Shown here: one piece after another, positions 61,737-64,000 of the stretch
How positions within the stretch are numbered: the stretch's first letter is position 1
Layout of the letters: every line of letters starts with the position of its first letter
Assembly (NCBI RefSeq): GCF_006345805.1
Contig: NC_042999.1
Coordinates: forward strand, 14,756,001 to 14,820,000
DNA: 64,000 nt
Reading direction: 5' to 3'
From: Octopus sinensis
Taxonomy: Eukaryota
Made by a program: the position numbers and the translations under genes
Notes under the pieces: model-generated
Told to the model about the DNA's origin: nothing
Database searches by the model: none
Seen by the model: only the letters and a program-made list of their open reading frames with translations

Positions 61737-62704
61737 AACTTGGATTTTTTGCATGGAATCAAGTACCCTGACCTCCTAATATGCAGAAAACCCCTTTTTT
61801 TGTTCGCAAAAAAAAGGGGGGAACCCCCCAATCCCGGAATCATTAGAAAATTTTTTTTAGTTGACTGAATTCCGGTGACCTAATATGCTTCAAAATCCTT
61901 TTTTGGGTCCGGAAAACGGGGTGGGGTGGAACCCTCGACAATTTCACTCCCACCCTCATTTTCAAATATATTTTGCTATTTCTTTCTTTACCCATAATTT
62001 TAGATGACATTTTGCAGAAATACGTTTTCGAGAGAGTATGGATCACAACAAATTGAAAATTCAAAGAAGTTTGAGATGAATAAGGAAAAGTGCAGAAGTT
62101 AGTGGTAACCGAAGTCAGATAACGAATGATAAAAATTTTACGTGCCACCAGCACTGGCGCGGCCGATGCCAATGCCATTTGACTGGCCCCCGTGCCAGTC
62201 ACACTTGAAATGAGGCCTCCTGGCTTGCCAGTCCTCAGTGAAACCGTCCAACCCATGCCAGCATGGAAAGCAGACGTTAAACGATGATGATGATGATGTA
62301 TAATGATATATATAATTGATAGATTGTTATCCATTCAATGTTTAGGTAAACTTCGTCACCCACCAGGAATCGAAACCACAATTTTACGATCATGATGCTG
62401 ACACCTTAACCACTAAGCCACGCGCCTCCACAACGAAAGAAATATCAAAATATATTTGAAAATGAGGGTGGGGTTGAAATTACCGAGGTTCCACCCCGTT
62501 TTCCGGTCCCCCCAAATAGGTTTTGTAGCATATTAGGAGGTCACCGGAATTCCCGTCAACGAAAAAAAAAAAAAAATTCCAATGATTCCGGGATATGGGG
62601 AGGGGGCGGTTGCCCCTTTCTCTTTTTTTCTCCGAACAAAAATGAGTTTGCAGCATATTAGGAGGTCAGGGTACTTGATTCCACGCAAAAAAAAAATCTG
62701 AGTT
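61737..62704. repeat. Inverted repeat, ~240-260-bp arms (61737-61975 and 62446-62704), with an extra partial tandem copy at 61585-61700
   Basis: Shared segments tggaatcaagtaccctgacctcctaatatgc and aatcattggaa/ccggaaaacggggtgg in opposite orientations. Confidence 0.85.
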
Positions 62705-63072
62705 TTTACTCTTTTACTTGCTTCAGTTATTTGACTGGCCATGCTGAAGCAACGCCTTTAGTCGAACAAATTGACCCCAGGACTTATTCTTTGTAAGTCC
62801 AATACTTATTCTATCTGTCTCTTTTACTGAACCGCTAAGTGACGGCGACGTAAACACAGCAGCATTGGTTGTCAAGCAATGCTAGGGGGACAAACACAGA
62901 CACACATATATACGACGAGCTTCTTTCAGTTTCCGTCTACCAAATCCACTCACAAGGCCTTGGTTGGCCTGAGGCTATAGTAGAAGACACTTGCCCAAGG
63001 TACCACGCAGTGGGACTGAACCCGGAACCATGTGGTTGGTAAGCAAGCTACTTACCACACAGCCACTCCTGT
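62705..63072 (-). mobile_element. SINE-A
   Basis: Family match. Further copies at about 12790-13100, 40130-40490, 53572-53957 and 63502-63863, all minus strand. Confidence 0.9.
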
Positions 63073-63501
63073 GTACTGTATACATTTAATTATTTTTATT
63101 ATTTGTGTATATTTATTTTATTATAAATGCAAACCAACACCGCGGAGGAATCGACGTAAGCTTAAATAATAAAGCGCGATAGGTGAACCGCAATATGGCG
63201 AGGGATTCAAAATGGGACATGAAACATAAAAAAAATTATGTGATATGTCTCATTATGTATATGTACCCACTCGCCTTCTTCTTTTCCACATTAAATTCCG
63301 TTATAATCACAATTTACACTATCTGAAGCATGATTGTCGAAAATTTCATTAAAAAATACCCATTTTATGAAAATTATGAGGAGATAAAGTCGGAGGGAGC
63401 ATTTCTCTGAAAGTTATGAGAAAACCAAGTCGATTCGTGTGAATTATCCGAAACTTCCCCCTCGACGAAATATTTTCCCCGAAATAACAATCCTCGCCAT
63501 C

Positions 63502-63863
63502 TTTACTCTTTTACTTGTTACAGTCATTTTGACTGCGGCCATGCTGGAGCACCGCCTTTAGTCGAGCAAATCGACCCCAGGACTTATTCTTCGTAAGCCT
63601 AGTACTTATTCTATCGGTTACTTTTGCCGAACCGCTAAGTTACGGGGACGTAAACACACCAGCATCGGTTGTCAAACGATGTTAGAGACACACAAACACA
63701 CATATATACGACGGGCTTCTTTCAGTTTCCGTTTACCAAATCCACTCACAAGGCTTTGATCGGCCCGAGGCTATTGTAGAAGACACTTGCCCAAGGTGTC
63801 AAGCAGTGGGACTGAACCAGAACCATGTGGTTGGTAAGCCAGCTACTTACCACACAGCCACTG
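63502..63863 (-). mobile_element. SINE-A
   Basis: Family match. Confidence 0.9.
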
Positions 63864-64000
63864 TTTATGTATATATGTACGTGTTTAAGTCCATATATGT
63901 ATATTTGTGAATGTATGTATGTGCATATACATGTATTTTTGTATATACACATACACATACAATACTTACACATACAAAGATACATAGCTATACACACAAA

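Noticed and set aside
62355-62429. tRNA gene on the minus strand
   Set aside because: Has A- and B-boxes but no proper acceptor-stem pairing; it matches the SINE-D head.

Overview
AT-rich, repeat-dense animal genomic DNA. The SINE families and microsatellite style are what I recognise as typical of an octopod cephalopod (probably Octopus); this is pattern recognition, not a database result. Two plus-strand host genes are partly visible. (1) A spliced gene ending at 14749: exons 2580-2636, 10309-10440, 12424-12516 and 14733-14749 join in one frame to give a 98-aa product with one hydrophobic segment and no family I can name. (2) The first coding exon (51835-51907) of a universal stress protein (UspA-like) gene whose next exon I could not find. 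The rest is a layered set of mobile DNA: at least four tRNA-derived SINE families (labelled A-D here), mariner, Tc1, piggyBac, hAT, Helitron, Helentron-like, CR1, RTE and Penelope remnants, several long inverted repeats and minisatellites. The best candidate for an undescribed system is a TSD-flanked, apparently full-length retroposon (19448-21382). It encodes only a zinc-knuckle ORF1/Gag-like protein with no RT, sits inside the tRNA-like head of a SINE, and shares a ~42-nt 3' tail with SINE-B and with a LINE-like 3' fragment, suggesting several non-autonomous elements that use one partner LINE. Also notable are SINE-B multimers with an invariant junction and piggyBac-MITE arrays with a shared 23-bp spacer at two loci. 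Coordinates were counted by hand; boundaries of degenerate repeats are approximate.
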